In this document: in pieces, positions 23,701 through 30,412 of the stretch
Position numbering within the stretch: the stretch's first letter is position 1
Layout of the letters: every line of letters starts with the position of its first letter
Origin: a virus
Virus record (IMG/VR): IMGVR_UViG_3300020437_000005
Coordinates: 1 to 64,000 of that record
Length of the DNA stretch: 64,000 bases
Reading direction: 5' to 3' (one strand)
The notes under the pieces: model-generated
Told to the model about the DNA's origin: nothing
The model's database searches: none
What the model saw: only the letters and a program-made list of their open reading frames with translations
Translations under genes and position numbers: made by a program

Positions 23701-26700
23701 TCTGACTGCAGAAACTAATGCTAGAATCTCTGCTGATGCCCTCAAGTATGATAAGGCAGGTGGTAACATCTCTGGTGAGGTAACAATCGCCACAGATAAG
23801 ATCGTTCTGAGTGCAAATGGTGACGCATCCTTCGCAGGAAACGTTAGCGTTGGTACCACAGCGACTGCAGACGTACATCTTGCGAACAAGAAGTATGTTG
23901 ATGACAGAATTGCTTCTGTCGTTGATAATGCTCCAGAAGCTCTGAACACACTGTCAGAAATTGCAACAGCAATGTCTGATGGAAACGACGTTGCAACATC
24001 ACTGGTTACTCAGATTTCTGATGAATCGACTGCAAGAGCAAATGCTGATGCTGATGAAGCAACTGCAAGAACAAATGCTGACGATGCACTGTCCGGTAGA
24101 TTGGATACCCTTGAGGCTGATCCAACTACAGGCGCTGCTCTGACTGCCGAGGCAACCGCCCGTGCAGATGCAGATTCTGCTGAAGCTATAGCTCGTGCTA
24201 ATGCTGACAACGCTCTGTCTGGAAGACTTGATACTCTGGAAGCAGATCCTACTACAGGTGCTGCCCTGAGTGCTGAGGCAACCACAAGACTGAACGCTGA
24301 TAACGCTCTGTCTAGTAGACTGGATACTCTTGAAGCTGATCCAACAACCGCAACTGCTCTGAGTTCAGAAGCATCAACCCGTGCAAATGCTGATACAGCA
24401 CTTTCTGGCAGACTGGATGCACTGGAAGTTGATCCTACAACTGCAACTGCGCTTTCCTCAGAAGCAACTACTCGCGCAAATGCTGATATAGCATTGTCCG
24501 GTAGACTGGATACTCTGGAGTCTGATCCAACAACCGCAACTGCACTTACCAACGCAATTGATGCTGAGGTAATCGCAAGAGATGCTGCAATCGCTACTGC
24601 GAAGAGTGAACTCCAAGCAGAAATCGATCAAGACATCGCTGCAATCCCTGCATTCGATGATTCACATCTGATGCCTAAGTCCGGTAACACAACTGTTACA
24701 GGCGAACTCACCGCTAACAAGTTTATCGGTGCTGTTGATGGTGAAGTTGGTGGCGCTGGTTCCACACCTGCACCTGTAACTGGTACAACTATTACTGCTA
24801 ACACCAAGTTTGTTGGTGCCCTGGAAGGTAATGCTGATACCGCTACATTGGCTGCAACTGCAACCTATGCAATCAACGCTGGAATCGCAACAACTGCTGA
24901 TCGTCTGACAACTGCTGTCAACGTTGGTGGTGTACTGTTCGATGGTTCTGCTCCAATCAACCTCCCTGGTGTAAACATCGCTGGTAATCAGAATACCTCC
25001 GGTAATGCTGCTACAGCATCTGCCTTGGCATCTGTAATCAACGTCGGTGGTGTTGCATTTGATGGTGGTTCATCAATCGACCTGCCAGGTGTAAACCTCC
25101 CAGGTACTCAGGATACTTCAGGTAACGCTGCAACTGCAACATTCGCAACTAATGCAAGTGCTTCGACAACTGCAACCAAACTTGCTGTTCCTGTCAACAT
25201 TGGTGGCGTATCATTCGATGGTTCTGCATCAATCACTCTGCCAGGTGTTAATGCAACAGGTAATCAGAATACAACAGGTAATGCTGATTCTGCTACTGTT
25301 CTCGCAACTGCAAGAACAATCGGTGGTGTATCCTTCGACGGATCTGCATCAATCGATCTGCCTGGTGTAAACGTTGCTGGTAACCAGAATACATCTGGAA
25401 ATGCTGCAACTGCAACAAAACTGCAAAATGGACGTACACTCGGTGGAGTCTACTTTGATGGAACTTATTCAATCGATCTGCCTGGTGTAAGTATCGCTGG
25501 TACCCAAGATACATCTGGTAACGCTGCTACAGCAACCAATGCATCCCAACTCGATGGAAACACTGGTGCATACTATCTGAACTATGCAAACTTCACTAAC
25601 GTACCTGCTCTGGTCGATAGTTTGGGTCAAGGAACTCTCGTAGTTTCTGATCTTGCTAACGATGCAGGATATGCAACCACTTCATTCGTCACAACTCAGA
25701 TTAACAACATCGATAATCTTGAGACTGCTGGCGGTTCAATGTCCGGATTCCTGTCACTGCACGCTGATCCAGCTCTGGATCTGCACGCTGCGACAAAGCG
25801 TTATGTTGACAACCAAGATGACCTGCTGGTCAGCAAGTCTGGTGCCGTCATGACCGGTGATCTGGTACTGAATGGTGCTCCTAGCGTAGACAATCAGGCT
25901 GCTACTAAGAAGTACACTGATGACAACATCGCAACAAGACTGCCTCTCGCAGGTGGTACACTGACAGGATCCCTGGTACTCGCAGGTGCTCCTAACGCTG
26001 ACTTCCACGCGGCCAATAAGGGCTACGTTGATAGTGCAATTGCTGCAAGTAGTGCAGGTACAGGCAACTTCGCTGGTATCGTCACTGCAACAACATTTGC
26101 AACTGGCGATCTCGGACAGTCAATCATCGTCTCTGGAACATCCATTACTGGACCTTCCTCAATCACAATCGATCCTTCAGGAATCGGTGATAACACTGGC
26201 GATGTTTACATTCTGGGTAACCTTGAAGTCAAGGGTACAACAACCACAATCAACTCAACTTCCGTTGAGATTGACGACGTTAACCTCACACTCGCAGGCA
26301 ATGCAGCAAATGCTTCACAGGCAGATGGTGCTGGTCTGACAGTTGCTGGTGCTAACGCAACCTTCACATACGATTCTTCTGACGACAGATGGGTCGCTAA
26401 CAAGGCAATGCAAGCATCCGAATTCGTTGGTAACGTAACTGGTAACGTAACTGGTGATGTAACTGGTGCTAGTGTAATCTCTGGCACAAACGTCACAAGT
26501 ACAACTGCTGAACTGGGTCCTCTGAAGGTTGGTACGGGTACGACATATACTTCCGACGTTGTTGTCGAAGGTACAATGCGTGTCACAGGTCAACTGGACA
26601 TCGGTACTGGAACGATCACCATCAATCCAGAAACTGACGAGATCGATCTGAACGGTACTGTCATGACCAAGGCTGGTGATGGCGAGATCGAATTTAAGGA

Positions 26701-28420
26701 TCGTCTGGGTAACAGAAAGAGAGTTAAGACAGTTGCTACTTCTCTTCTCACTAATGATGATGACGTAACTTCTAAGAAGTTCGTTGACGATCAAATCGCT
26801 GCTGTTAATGCTGCCAAACTGAGTAAGGATGGTGGTACACTGACTGGTGATCTGATTCTTAATGGTATGCCTACTCAGGACAACCAAGCTTCAACCAAGA
26901 AGTACGTTGATGACGTTGCACAAGGTAAGGCGGATGTTTCATTCGTCAATACTCAACTGGCTGATAAGGCAGATACAACCTACGTCAATGCACAAGTTGC
27001 GACTAAGGTTGATGCTGAACATGTTGCTGCACAAATTGCTGCCATTGATAACTCCGGTCTCCTCGCGAAGACTGGTGGAACAATGACAGGAACACTGACA
27101 CTTGCCAGTGATCCTCAGACTAACATGGAGGCTGCAACCAAGCAGTATGTTGACAGTGCAACACCTGATATGTCCAGTCGCCTTGAGGTAACTGGTGGAA
27201 CAATGTCTGGCGACATTGTTATGAGTCAACCAGTCACAACGACTGATTATACAGCAACTCGTGAGGTTGCGGGTGGCCAGAACTTGGGATGGATCACCGT
27301 ATTTAGTGGTCAAGGAACTCTTACACAAATCACCTTCCAAAAACCTGGCTCCTACGTATTTGCATCTGCTATTGAGGTTGATGGTCTCCCTGTAACAGGT
27401 GGTACTGTTACATCCGACAGTGGATGGTTAGCATCTACCAGAGAAGGCGAGAAGTTGAAAGATGGCATAACTTACACTTATGCGGTTCCAGGTGCTGCCG
27501 ATGGTATAATTACATTTGTACCTGAAGCACCAATTTCTGTCACATCAGAAGTTCGCGTCCGTGTCAATGGTTATTCCAATACAGCTCATTTAAATGATGG
27601 TAAGATTAGTACAGCAGTTGCAACAATTCAATCTGCTGGTAGTGGTGATACTACAACTATTGGTGTTGATGGTACTGCTACTTTCGGTGGAAACGTAACT
27701 GCTGCAACTCTGCCAACTGACGCGGCTCATCTGGCTAACAAGTCATATGTTGACGCTCAGGTTGCAAGTGCTTCACCTGATCTGTCAAGTCGTCTCGCGA
27801 CAACTGGCGGAACAATGACAGGCGATCTGGATATGGGATCTAACAAGATTACATATTCTAACCTCTATATGACCGAGGCAGATCTGCCAAGCGCATCTAC
27901 ATATCACGGTATGTTCGCGCACGTCCACACAACCGGTGCGGCTTATTACTCACATGCTGGTCAGTGGATCAAACTGCAGAATGAAGGTGCAAGAGTCATT
28001 CTTCCTTCCGGAAGTAATGGAACTCCTGAACTGTCATTTGCTGCTGATCCAGATACAGGGTTCAGATGCCCATCAGATGGTGAAGTATCTGTAGTCTGTA
28101 ATGGTGCTCAGGCTGCGAAGATTAATAGCGCAGGTGTTGAAGCACAAAACTTCAACGCAACATCTGACATCACACTCAAGCAGGACATTTCCATCATCGA
28201 CAACGCGATGGAAATGATCCAGAACCTTGAGGGTATCAACTGGAATTGGAAGAACAACGGCAAGGCAGCAATGGGCGTTTCCGCTCAGAATGTCGAGCAA
28301 GTTGCTCCACAACTGGTTGGTCAAGGTGAGTACAAGTCCGTTAACTATAACGGTCTGGTCGGTATCTTGATCGAGGCTGTCAAGTCTCTGAAGGAAGAAA
28401 TCGACGAACTCAAGAAGTGA
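11732..28420 (+). CDS. Giant long tail fibre (5562 aa) with C-terminal peptidase S74-like intramolecular chaperone
   Basis: Gly/Ala/Thr/Val-rich repeat blocks; C-terminus 'SDITLKQDI...GVSAQNVEQVAPQLV...VNYNGLVGILIEAVKSL' matches the S74 chaperone pattern. Confidence 0.85.
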   Translation: MAFNRELSQFANYLVLDAGGNYIGISTAESDANVGIGSATPESKLTVDGDAKVSGMMTATGGFSGDLFGTADFAKQAHSLTTARNISLAGDINGTVSFDGTEDVTIQTVIQNNSIVLGDDTEGNYVQDISAGSANIEVTGSGTETASVTIDLSDTTVSAGSYGSISEVPVLEIDPKGRITNASTVTVATDLNIAGDTGSDAVDLLNGTFSVTGGTYVDTDAANDGVNITVRGTSQNTPDYLVARDASGNFSAGMITADLTGNLTGTAQFATDAHGLTTSHTFKVSGDGTAPAITFDGTQDVDLNLTLENTGVASGDYGSTTTIPTFTVDSKGRLTAAANVQLDTTLNVSSDSGAIAIDQQTETLAIEGVDGEIDGVASGNKVELSLVDTGVSAGAYGNKTTIPTFTVDAKGRITGAGTTHVYTTLNVASDSGNIAIEQQIETLTIEGANGQIDGVASGNGIELSLVDTGVTAGDYGSGSFVPVISVDAKGRITSASTTEIGTNLSVAADSGSETVDLLTDTLTVTGGTNVTTQLLNDEVTVNLDADIALTSIDLSGTLDVDGTSTLGVLEAGASTLASADVTGAASVGGTLDVTGATTVDAFTAGASTIASASITGAATVGTTLGVTGTSTLGVLVAGASTLDSASVTNNTTIGGTLGVTGTSTLGVLNAGATSVDSLTTTGIAAVGTNLTVGGTAIIDGTTQLKSGAQLDSTLSVAGATTLASTLGVSGATTLAGLTAGDSTLASASVTGAATVGASLNVNGATSLAGLTAAATSVDSLGVVGAATVGTTLDVTGKSTLGVLETTANAKVESLEVTNAADLKSTLDVTGDTTLAGLTAGASTLDSATITNDAVIGGDATATSFKTGALGSAIIVNNDSITGPSSITIDPGADQTGDGTLYVLGNLQVKGTQTVIDSTVVSVEDLNIVVAKNAANDAAADGGGFTVESGDGNKTFQYEGDALEQNFGSSENLNLALGKVYKINNVEILSATTLGGSVINSSLTSVGTLVDLDVAGATTLGDTLDVAGDTTLAGLTAGASTLASATVTGAATVGTTLGVTGAATVGGTLGVSGATTLAGLTAGSSTLASADVTGDTSVGGNIVVDGTSQVKSAAQFDSTINVTGATTLGSTLGVTGATTLAGLTAGDSTLSSADVTNNATVGGTLGVTGATTLAGLTAGTTSVDSLGVATNATVDGNFVVEGTGTVGGAFHAQGSAQFDTTIDVTGAATLASTLDVAGTSTLGVLTAGASTFATADVTSNATVGGTFAVTGTSTLAAVNAAATSVTTLTTSGAASVGTNLTVGGTATVDGAFRAKDTAQFDSSVAVTGTTTLSDTLDVLGATTLTNTLDVTGASTLSTVDVTGAATVGSTLDVTGATTLTSLTAGASTLASAAVTNNATVGGSLGVTGATTLSDTLDVSGVTTLAGLTAGATTLASSSVTGNSNVGGNFGVVGHTALDTVTAGISTVSTIDITGAAAVGANLTVAGTSTVDGVFTANAAAQFNTTADVTGDLTVGGATALTSTLDVTGATTLTGLLTANGGAVISAAQINGIMAVSGAAALNGPVSTGDTLDVTGAATLDSTLDVTGNTTLSTLNVTGLATLDSSLDLTGDLTINGTKFSIAAATGNATVGGSINADDTVTAPEFSGELSGAAVSTSADGLVNTGITTVTNTIEVKSDDGSVAGIDLFDDVNNTYYSRLQSATNAQLTDNVEVTMPTVSGNMLVGDANISNSVNTSGIITATSFVGPLTGNADTVTALQTAREFSIIGDVDAPAVSFDATGNVVLNTTLDSTGVTAGDYGSSTQIPTFTVDEKGRLTAAGGVDISTDLNIDADAGSVDINLLTETLSITGSTYVNTSVDTNEVIVNVEAGSANVVSTLVARDASGNFAAGEITATRFIGLADRATQLENTRTFAASGDATAPAVDFNGTQSPVLNLTLNNVNTNVGTFGSPSQIAQVTVNAKGLVTGVTNVAISTSLSIGDGSGSGSVELMDGNLSLLGSDYIETSVSGTDFTISLKGDSANVADKAVVRDENGNFAAGTITADLTGRALIATTADELETTRNISIDGPVVGNVDFNGGSDVTISVTQQPDSVELRTHTTGDYVESVADSGLSDITIAGNGEGGAVQVGLTTTGVSAGTYGATGSLPIFTVDSRGRITSATTTSVSTELSITGDSGSDSVDLLNDTLDFEGDSNLTTEVTDNKVSVSLNQNVAVSGNMDAASFRTGNEGDSIIVTGTSITGPSSITIDPAGIGDNTGELYVMGDLIVKGTTTTVNSVELAVADKNITLADGATSNAVANGGGLTIEAGADGAKTFQFEEIGLNFGSSENMNLAVSKVYKIDNTSVLSATTLGTAVVNSSLEVVGTINTGVWQGTAINDDYIDFIDNANKVKISALDIDAVAEIGTPIADGDLMIIDDGADGTNRSMTVDRMPVYTFSKVSGDILIDSTGVATIQPNSVDLATDTTGNYVATITATNIDVTNSGTEDAAVTLDLSDTTVTAGSYGSTTAIPTFTVDEKGRLTAAGTVQVDTTLDVSSDVGSIDIDQQTETLAIEGVDGEISGTATGTKVELGLVDTGVAAGSYGSATAIPTFTVDAKGRLSESSTVAIGTAMTLAGDTGSEVIEFLNDTMTIAGDTHVSTDASNDVLTISVDATSAATPSTMVARDADGSFSAHVITANVFDGDLNSTGISTFSNDLQIGKRLIDAGGSSGGEKQTIGVNTTTGYLEWQDLTDILPQTRTTQSQVAAEGDTQFFFDYNANFLDVFVNGVKLNLNEYTATDETSITLVEPLFEGDVVEFHSYAVAGGGLGVVEFMGDLKDVTLGALAQNDVLVYNGAGFVNQQSISLSGGITGASIDAGSATITGAISADSAAITGNISVGSLTLNGNAAVSGSIIPSATNTYDLGSPDRTWRDLYLADASLYIDGQKVLHSDNDTIVVSADPNQNLSVQTTGTGDIELSPASDVGGSGSVQLKGNLVVNTGFEITSTAGAVKFNSNLAADVIESKTDDTNLTLRGNGAGAVAVNDDLTVIGDITAQNLTADIDASNITSGTVSTARLGAGTADGTTFLSGDGTWKEVDSTALKDENGQIKAQASAAGLTVSGTLAADTLVGDLDVANLSGIVDPANLGTGTADATTFLRGDGSYAVVDSTKLIDSLGADRINATTSGVTVTGTATADSFVTAGGLEMTGAKLSGPAEIVLDPAGDDDVAGTLRIKGDLIVDGTTTTINTATLDVTDANITVAKGATLASAVDGAGLTIDGANATFVYDFANSALKSSENINIAAGKVYQVNGNEVLTATTVLGKSMPTGDVVGSSDAQTLTAKTISGSTNALTNIANASLVNSTVSFGGIELALGASDATPAFDLADATNLPTTALTGTITNAQLAGAIANDKLANQSVSFGGISLNLGETDATPAFDLVDATGYKTESLVGTIANAQLAGSIPNDKLANSTISGHALGTSLSTLSMSTDTHLSGSATYNGSGAATFEVSIDATATNTASTVVARDANGNFAAGTITADLAGNALTADHADDADEAINSQNVRIDGAADADATHYLMMSSTASGQSRAKSDGNLVYNPSSNTLSTGAFVGNLTGNVTGNADTATLAADSSLLGGESKAYYATAADLSALTTTVGIVTFSGAYGDLTGVPTSISEFANDANYLTSADLISSASEAATIDVQSDNITDTERFLTFVQNGTGFQNVATDSDLKYNPALNRLTADLFRGAVEGDVTGDLTGNADTATTATNLANAANINAGLINQDRIPATLNKDISGTAAEATRLGGQLPSYYAVAADLNAETAARTSAVSDEETARISADGVLDGKIDDEIANRTAAISAEVTARNNAITNAVDAATALYEAADTTLQTNIDNEASTRANADTALSGRLDTLEADPTTATALSTETIARTNADTALSARLDTLEADPTSATALSSESAARTNADTALSARLDTLEADPTTAAALSSEASTRANADTALSGRLDTLEADPTTGAALTAETNARISADALKYDKAGGNISGEVTIATDKIVLSANGDASFAGNVSVGTTATADVHLANKKYVDDRIASVVDNAPEALNTLSEIATAMSDGNDVATSLVTQISDESTARANADADEATARTNADDALSGRLDTLEADPTTGAALTAEATARADADSAEAIARANADNALSGRLDTLEADPTTGAALSAEATTRLNADNALSSRLDTLEADPTTATALSSEASTRANADTALSGRLDALEVDPTTATALSSEATTRANADIALSGRLDTLESDPTTATALTNAIDAEVIARDAAIATAKSELQAEIDQDIAAIPAFDDSHLMPKSGNTTVTGELTANKFIGAVDGEVGGAGSTPAPVTGTTITANTKFVGALEGNADTATLAATATYAINAGIATTADRLTTAVNVGGVLFDGSAPINLPGVNIAGNQNTSGNAATASALASVINVGGVAFDGGSSIDLPGVNLPGTQDTSGNAATATFATNASASTTATKLAVPVNIGGVSFDGSASITLPGVNATGNQNTTGNADSATVLATARTIGGVSFDGSASIDLPGVNVAGNQNTSGNAATATKLQNGRTLGGVYFDGTYSIDLPGVSIAGTQDTSGNAATATNASQLDGNTGAYYLNYANFTNVPALVDSLGQGTLVVSDLANDAGYATTSFVTTQINNIDNLETAGGSMSGFLSLHADPALDLHAATKRYVDNQDDLLVSKSGAVMTGDLVLNGAPSVDNQAATKKYTDDNIATRLPLAGGTLTGSLVLAGAPNADFHAANKGYVDSAIAASSAGTGNFAGIVTATTFATGDLGQSIIVSGTSITGPSSITIDPSGIGDNTGDVYILGNLEVKGTTTTINSTSVEIDDVNLTLAGNAANASQADGAGLTVAGANATFTYDSSDDRWVANKAMQASEFVGNVTGNVTGDVTGASVISGTNVTSTTAELGPLKVGTGTTYTSDVVVEGTMRVTGQLDIGTGTITINPETDEIDLNGTVMTKAGDGEIEFKDRLGNRKRVKTVATSLLTNDDDVTSKKFVDDQIAAVNAAKLSKDGGTLTGDLILNGMPTQDNQASTKKYVDDVAQGKADVSFVNTQLADKADTTYVNAQVATKVDAEHVAAQIAAIDNSGLLAKTGGTMTGTLTLASDPQTNMEAATKQYVDSATPDMSSRLEVTGGTMSGDIVMSQPVTTTDYTATREVAGGQNLGWITVFSGQGTLTQITFQKPGSYVFASAIEVDGLPVTGGTVTSDSGWLASTREGEKLKDGITYTYAVPGAADGIITFVPEAPISVTSEVRVRVNGYSNTAHLNDGKISTAVATIQSAGSGDTTTIGVDGTATFGGNVTAATLPTDAAHLANKSYVDAQVASASPDLSSRLATTGGTMTGDLDMGSNKITYSNLYMTEADLPSASTYHGMFAHVHTTGAAYYSHAGQWIKLQNEGARVILPSGSNGTPELSFAADPDTGFRCPSDGEVSVVCNGAQAAKINSAGVEAQNFNATSDITLKQDISIIDNAMEMIQNLEGINWNWKNNGKAAMGVSAQNVEQVAPQLVGQGEYKSVNYNGLVGILIEAVKSLKEEIDELKK
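23340..24550 (+). repeat. Intragenic ~93-nt (31-aa) coiled-coil repeats, 9 units
   Basis: 'R.NAD.ALS.RLDTLEADPTT..AL' units; a 64-nt identical stretch at 23440 and 23533. Confidence 0.85.
24905..25540 (+). repeat. Intragenic ~40-aa repeats, 5 units
   Basis: 'GGV.FDG...I.LPGV...G.Q.T.GNA' units. Confidence 0.85.
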
Positions 28421-28447
28421 TTCTTGATCTCATCTGAATAACTTTAT

Positions 28448-28473
28448 GGGGGGACGAAAGTCCCCCTTTTTTT
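28448..28473 (+). terminator. Rho-independent terminator
   Basis: GGGGGAC-GAAA-GTCCCCC stem with GNRA loop, followed by T7. Confidence 0.9.
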
Positions 28474-28505
28474 ATGAATAAATAATCAATAAAGTTCTAA
28501 TCATA

Positions 28506-28859
28506 ATGTCTCAAACAAGAGTACAACTTATTGGTGATTCATTTGATAATGGTGCAAACTTTGCTGGAGTTGTTACCGCTACAGATTTTAAGAAATCTGA
28601 CGGTTCTACTATCGAATCTGGCGGAGGTGGAGTTGGAATTGCTCTATCATCTCATCCACAATCTGCATTAAAGCATGTATTTAAGACACCAAAAATCCTA
28701 GAAGTTCCTCCATCAGCATTTGAAACTATTGAATCTGACGAAGAGCATGGATACATTGCGTTCACTCTTGCAAAAGATATTCATGTTGGTCCAAATGCAA
28801 TTCTCACAATTGCGGATGATACTGTTATGAGAACAAATACACTTGGTATTTTTACATAA
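28506..28859 (+). CDS. Small virion structural protein
   Basis: 'GVVTATDFKKSDGS' fibre motif shared with 29568; ATAAATA at 28478-28484. Confidence 0.55.
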   Translation: MSQTRVQLIGDSFDNGANFAGVVTATDFKKSDGSTIESGGGGVGIALSSHPQSALKHVFKTPKILEVPPSAFETIESDEEHGYIAFTLAKDIHVGPNAILTIADDTVMRTNTLGIFT

Positions 28860-28885
28860 ATAGAATATAAGGAGTTTTCATACTA

Positions 28886-29527
28886 ATGTCAGAAATTAGA
28901 GTTAATAAAATAGTTGACGAACCAGGTACAGGTGCTGTTGAACTGAAAGAAGGTGCAACACTTCCTGCCGGTAAGACTCTGAGTGGAGATGGTGACATCA
29001 ACATCACTGGAAATGCTACGATTGGGGGACTCTTAACATATGAAGATGTCACCAATATTGATGCTGTTGGGTTGATTACCGCAAGAAGTGGTATTCAAGT
29101 TCTTGCGGGCATTTCAACATTTAGGGGAGCTCACTTTGATGGAGGAAACTTAATCAAAGAAACATTTAACTTCTCTGCATTAGATTTCAATACTGACAAT
29201 CAAATCGACTTAGATACTGGAATGGTTGATTATCGTAGCAATACATTAGGATCAACTACATCACTCAATTTGTATTGTGCAATGGGTGTGAATAATAAAA
29301 TGTCTGCCGGAGAGGCAATCACAGTCAATGCAATTACTGCTGTAGATAATGCAAGTTATTACATTGATGGTCTCACGATTGATGGTGGGTCCGCAGAAAC
29401 AATTAACTGGGTTAACGGTGCTCCAACTGATGGTGGATCGAGTGGCGTTGACATTTATACATTCACTATTTTGAAGACTGGAGATGCTGAATTTCTAGTC
29501 ATTGGCAATCAGACAAAAACGTCGTAA
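28886..29527 (+). CDS. Virion structural protein
   Basis: 'LTYEDVTNIDAVGLITARSG' motif; C-terminal domain paralogous to 29901; late box at 28856-28862; AAGGAG SD. Confidence 0.6.
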   Translation: MSEIRVNKIVDEPGTGAVELKEGATLPAGKTLSGDGDINITGNATIGGLLTYEDVTNIDAVGLITARSGIQVLAGISTFRGAHFDGGNLIKETFNFSALDFNTDNQIDLDTGMVDYRSNTLGSTTSLNLYCAMGVNNKMSAGEAITVNAITAVDNASYYIDGLTIDGGSAETINWVNGAPTDGGSSGVDIYTFTILKTGDAEFLVIGNQTKTS

Positions 29528-29567
29528 GACTAAATAACTTAAGGAAACCCCCTACACATTCAGAAAT

Positions 29568-29855
29568 ATGTCGTTCAAAATTTCCGATGAAGTAATCATT
29601 GATGCAAGTCGAAATCTTGCTAATGTTGGAATCATCACTGCAACAGATTTTAGAAAAGCAGATGGATCTTCCATTGGTGGTGGTCTTGCGAATGATGATG
29701 TTAGTGAAGGATATATTATCACCAATCCAAAGGTTCTTAACTCAAGTGTAACTCTTCCAGCAGGTACCAATAGTGCTCTCTATGGACCAGAAGTTACCAT
29801 TGGAGAGTCCACGGTCATCACACTCGATGATGATGCTTCTTTAATTATTACCTGA
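29568..29855 (+). CDS. Small virion structural protein
   Basis: Paralogous motif to 28506; CTAAATA at 29530-29536. Confidence 0.55.
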   Translation: MSFKISDEVIIDASRNLANVGIITATDFRKADGSSIGGGLANDDVSEGYIITNPKVLNSSVTLPAGTNSALYGPEVTIGESTVITLDDDASLIIT

Positions 29856-29900
29856 TTCAACACCCACTCTCACTCATCCACTAATAAAAGGAATATAAAA

Positions 29901-30395
29901 ATGTCACAGTTAAATGTAAATTTAATTAAGAATAAAGCCGGTAATGGTGGTCCAACACTTGAAGCACTGACTGTTACGAATGACTCAGTTCTTTCTGGCG
30001 TTCGTTTTACTGCTGGTCAACTTTGTGAGAGTGTTAATATTGTTGCGGGAACGCTTGGTTCTGCTTCTGACATCGATCTTTCCAATGGAATGATTCATTA
30101 TTTCACGACACAAGAAGCTGCGCAAGCAATTCCAAACTTATCAGTATCTGGTAAGAGTGTGAATCAAATCATGGCAGTTGGAGAAGCAATCTCAGTTGTC
30201 ATCATGGTAACAGCGTCAACATCTGGGTATATGTCATCAATGACAATCGACGGCGCATCAGTTACACCGATGTGGAGTGGCGGTATTGCTCCATCAGAAG
30301 GTGGTGCATCAGGTATCGATGTTTATACACTGCAAGTAATCAAGACAGCGGACAGCACATATACAGTTCTCGCAAATTCATCCAACTTCGCTTGA
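29901..30395 (+). CDS. Virion structural protein
   Basis: C-terminal 'WSGGIAP..GG.SGIDVYT..IKT' shared with 28886. Confidence 0.6.
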   Translation: MSQLNVNLIKNKAGNGGPTLEALTVTNDSVLSGVRFTAGQLCESVNIVAGTLGSASDIDLSNGMIHYFTTQEAAQAIPNLSVSGKSVNQIMAVGEAISVVIMVTASTSGYMSSMTIDGASVTPMWSGGIAPSEGGASGIDVYTLQVIKTADSTYTVLANSSNFA

Positions 30396-30412
30396 TATAG
30401 GAGATAAAAAAC

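Noticed and set aside
11794-28324. Numerous long minus-strand ORFs (e.g. 13153-14391, 20569-21570, 23092-23949)
   Set aside because: Antisense shadows of the codon-biased repetitive fibre gene, with no SD, promoter or recognisable motifs.
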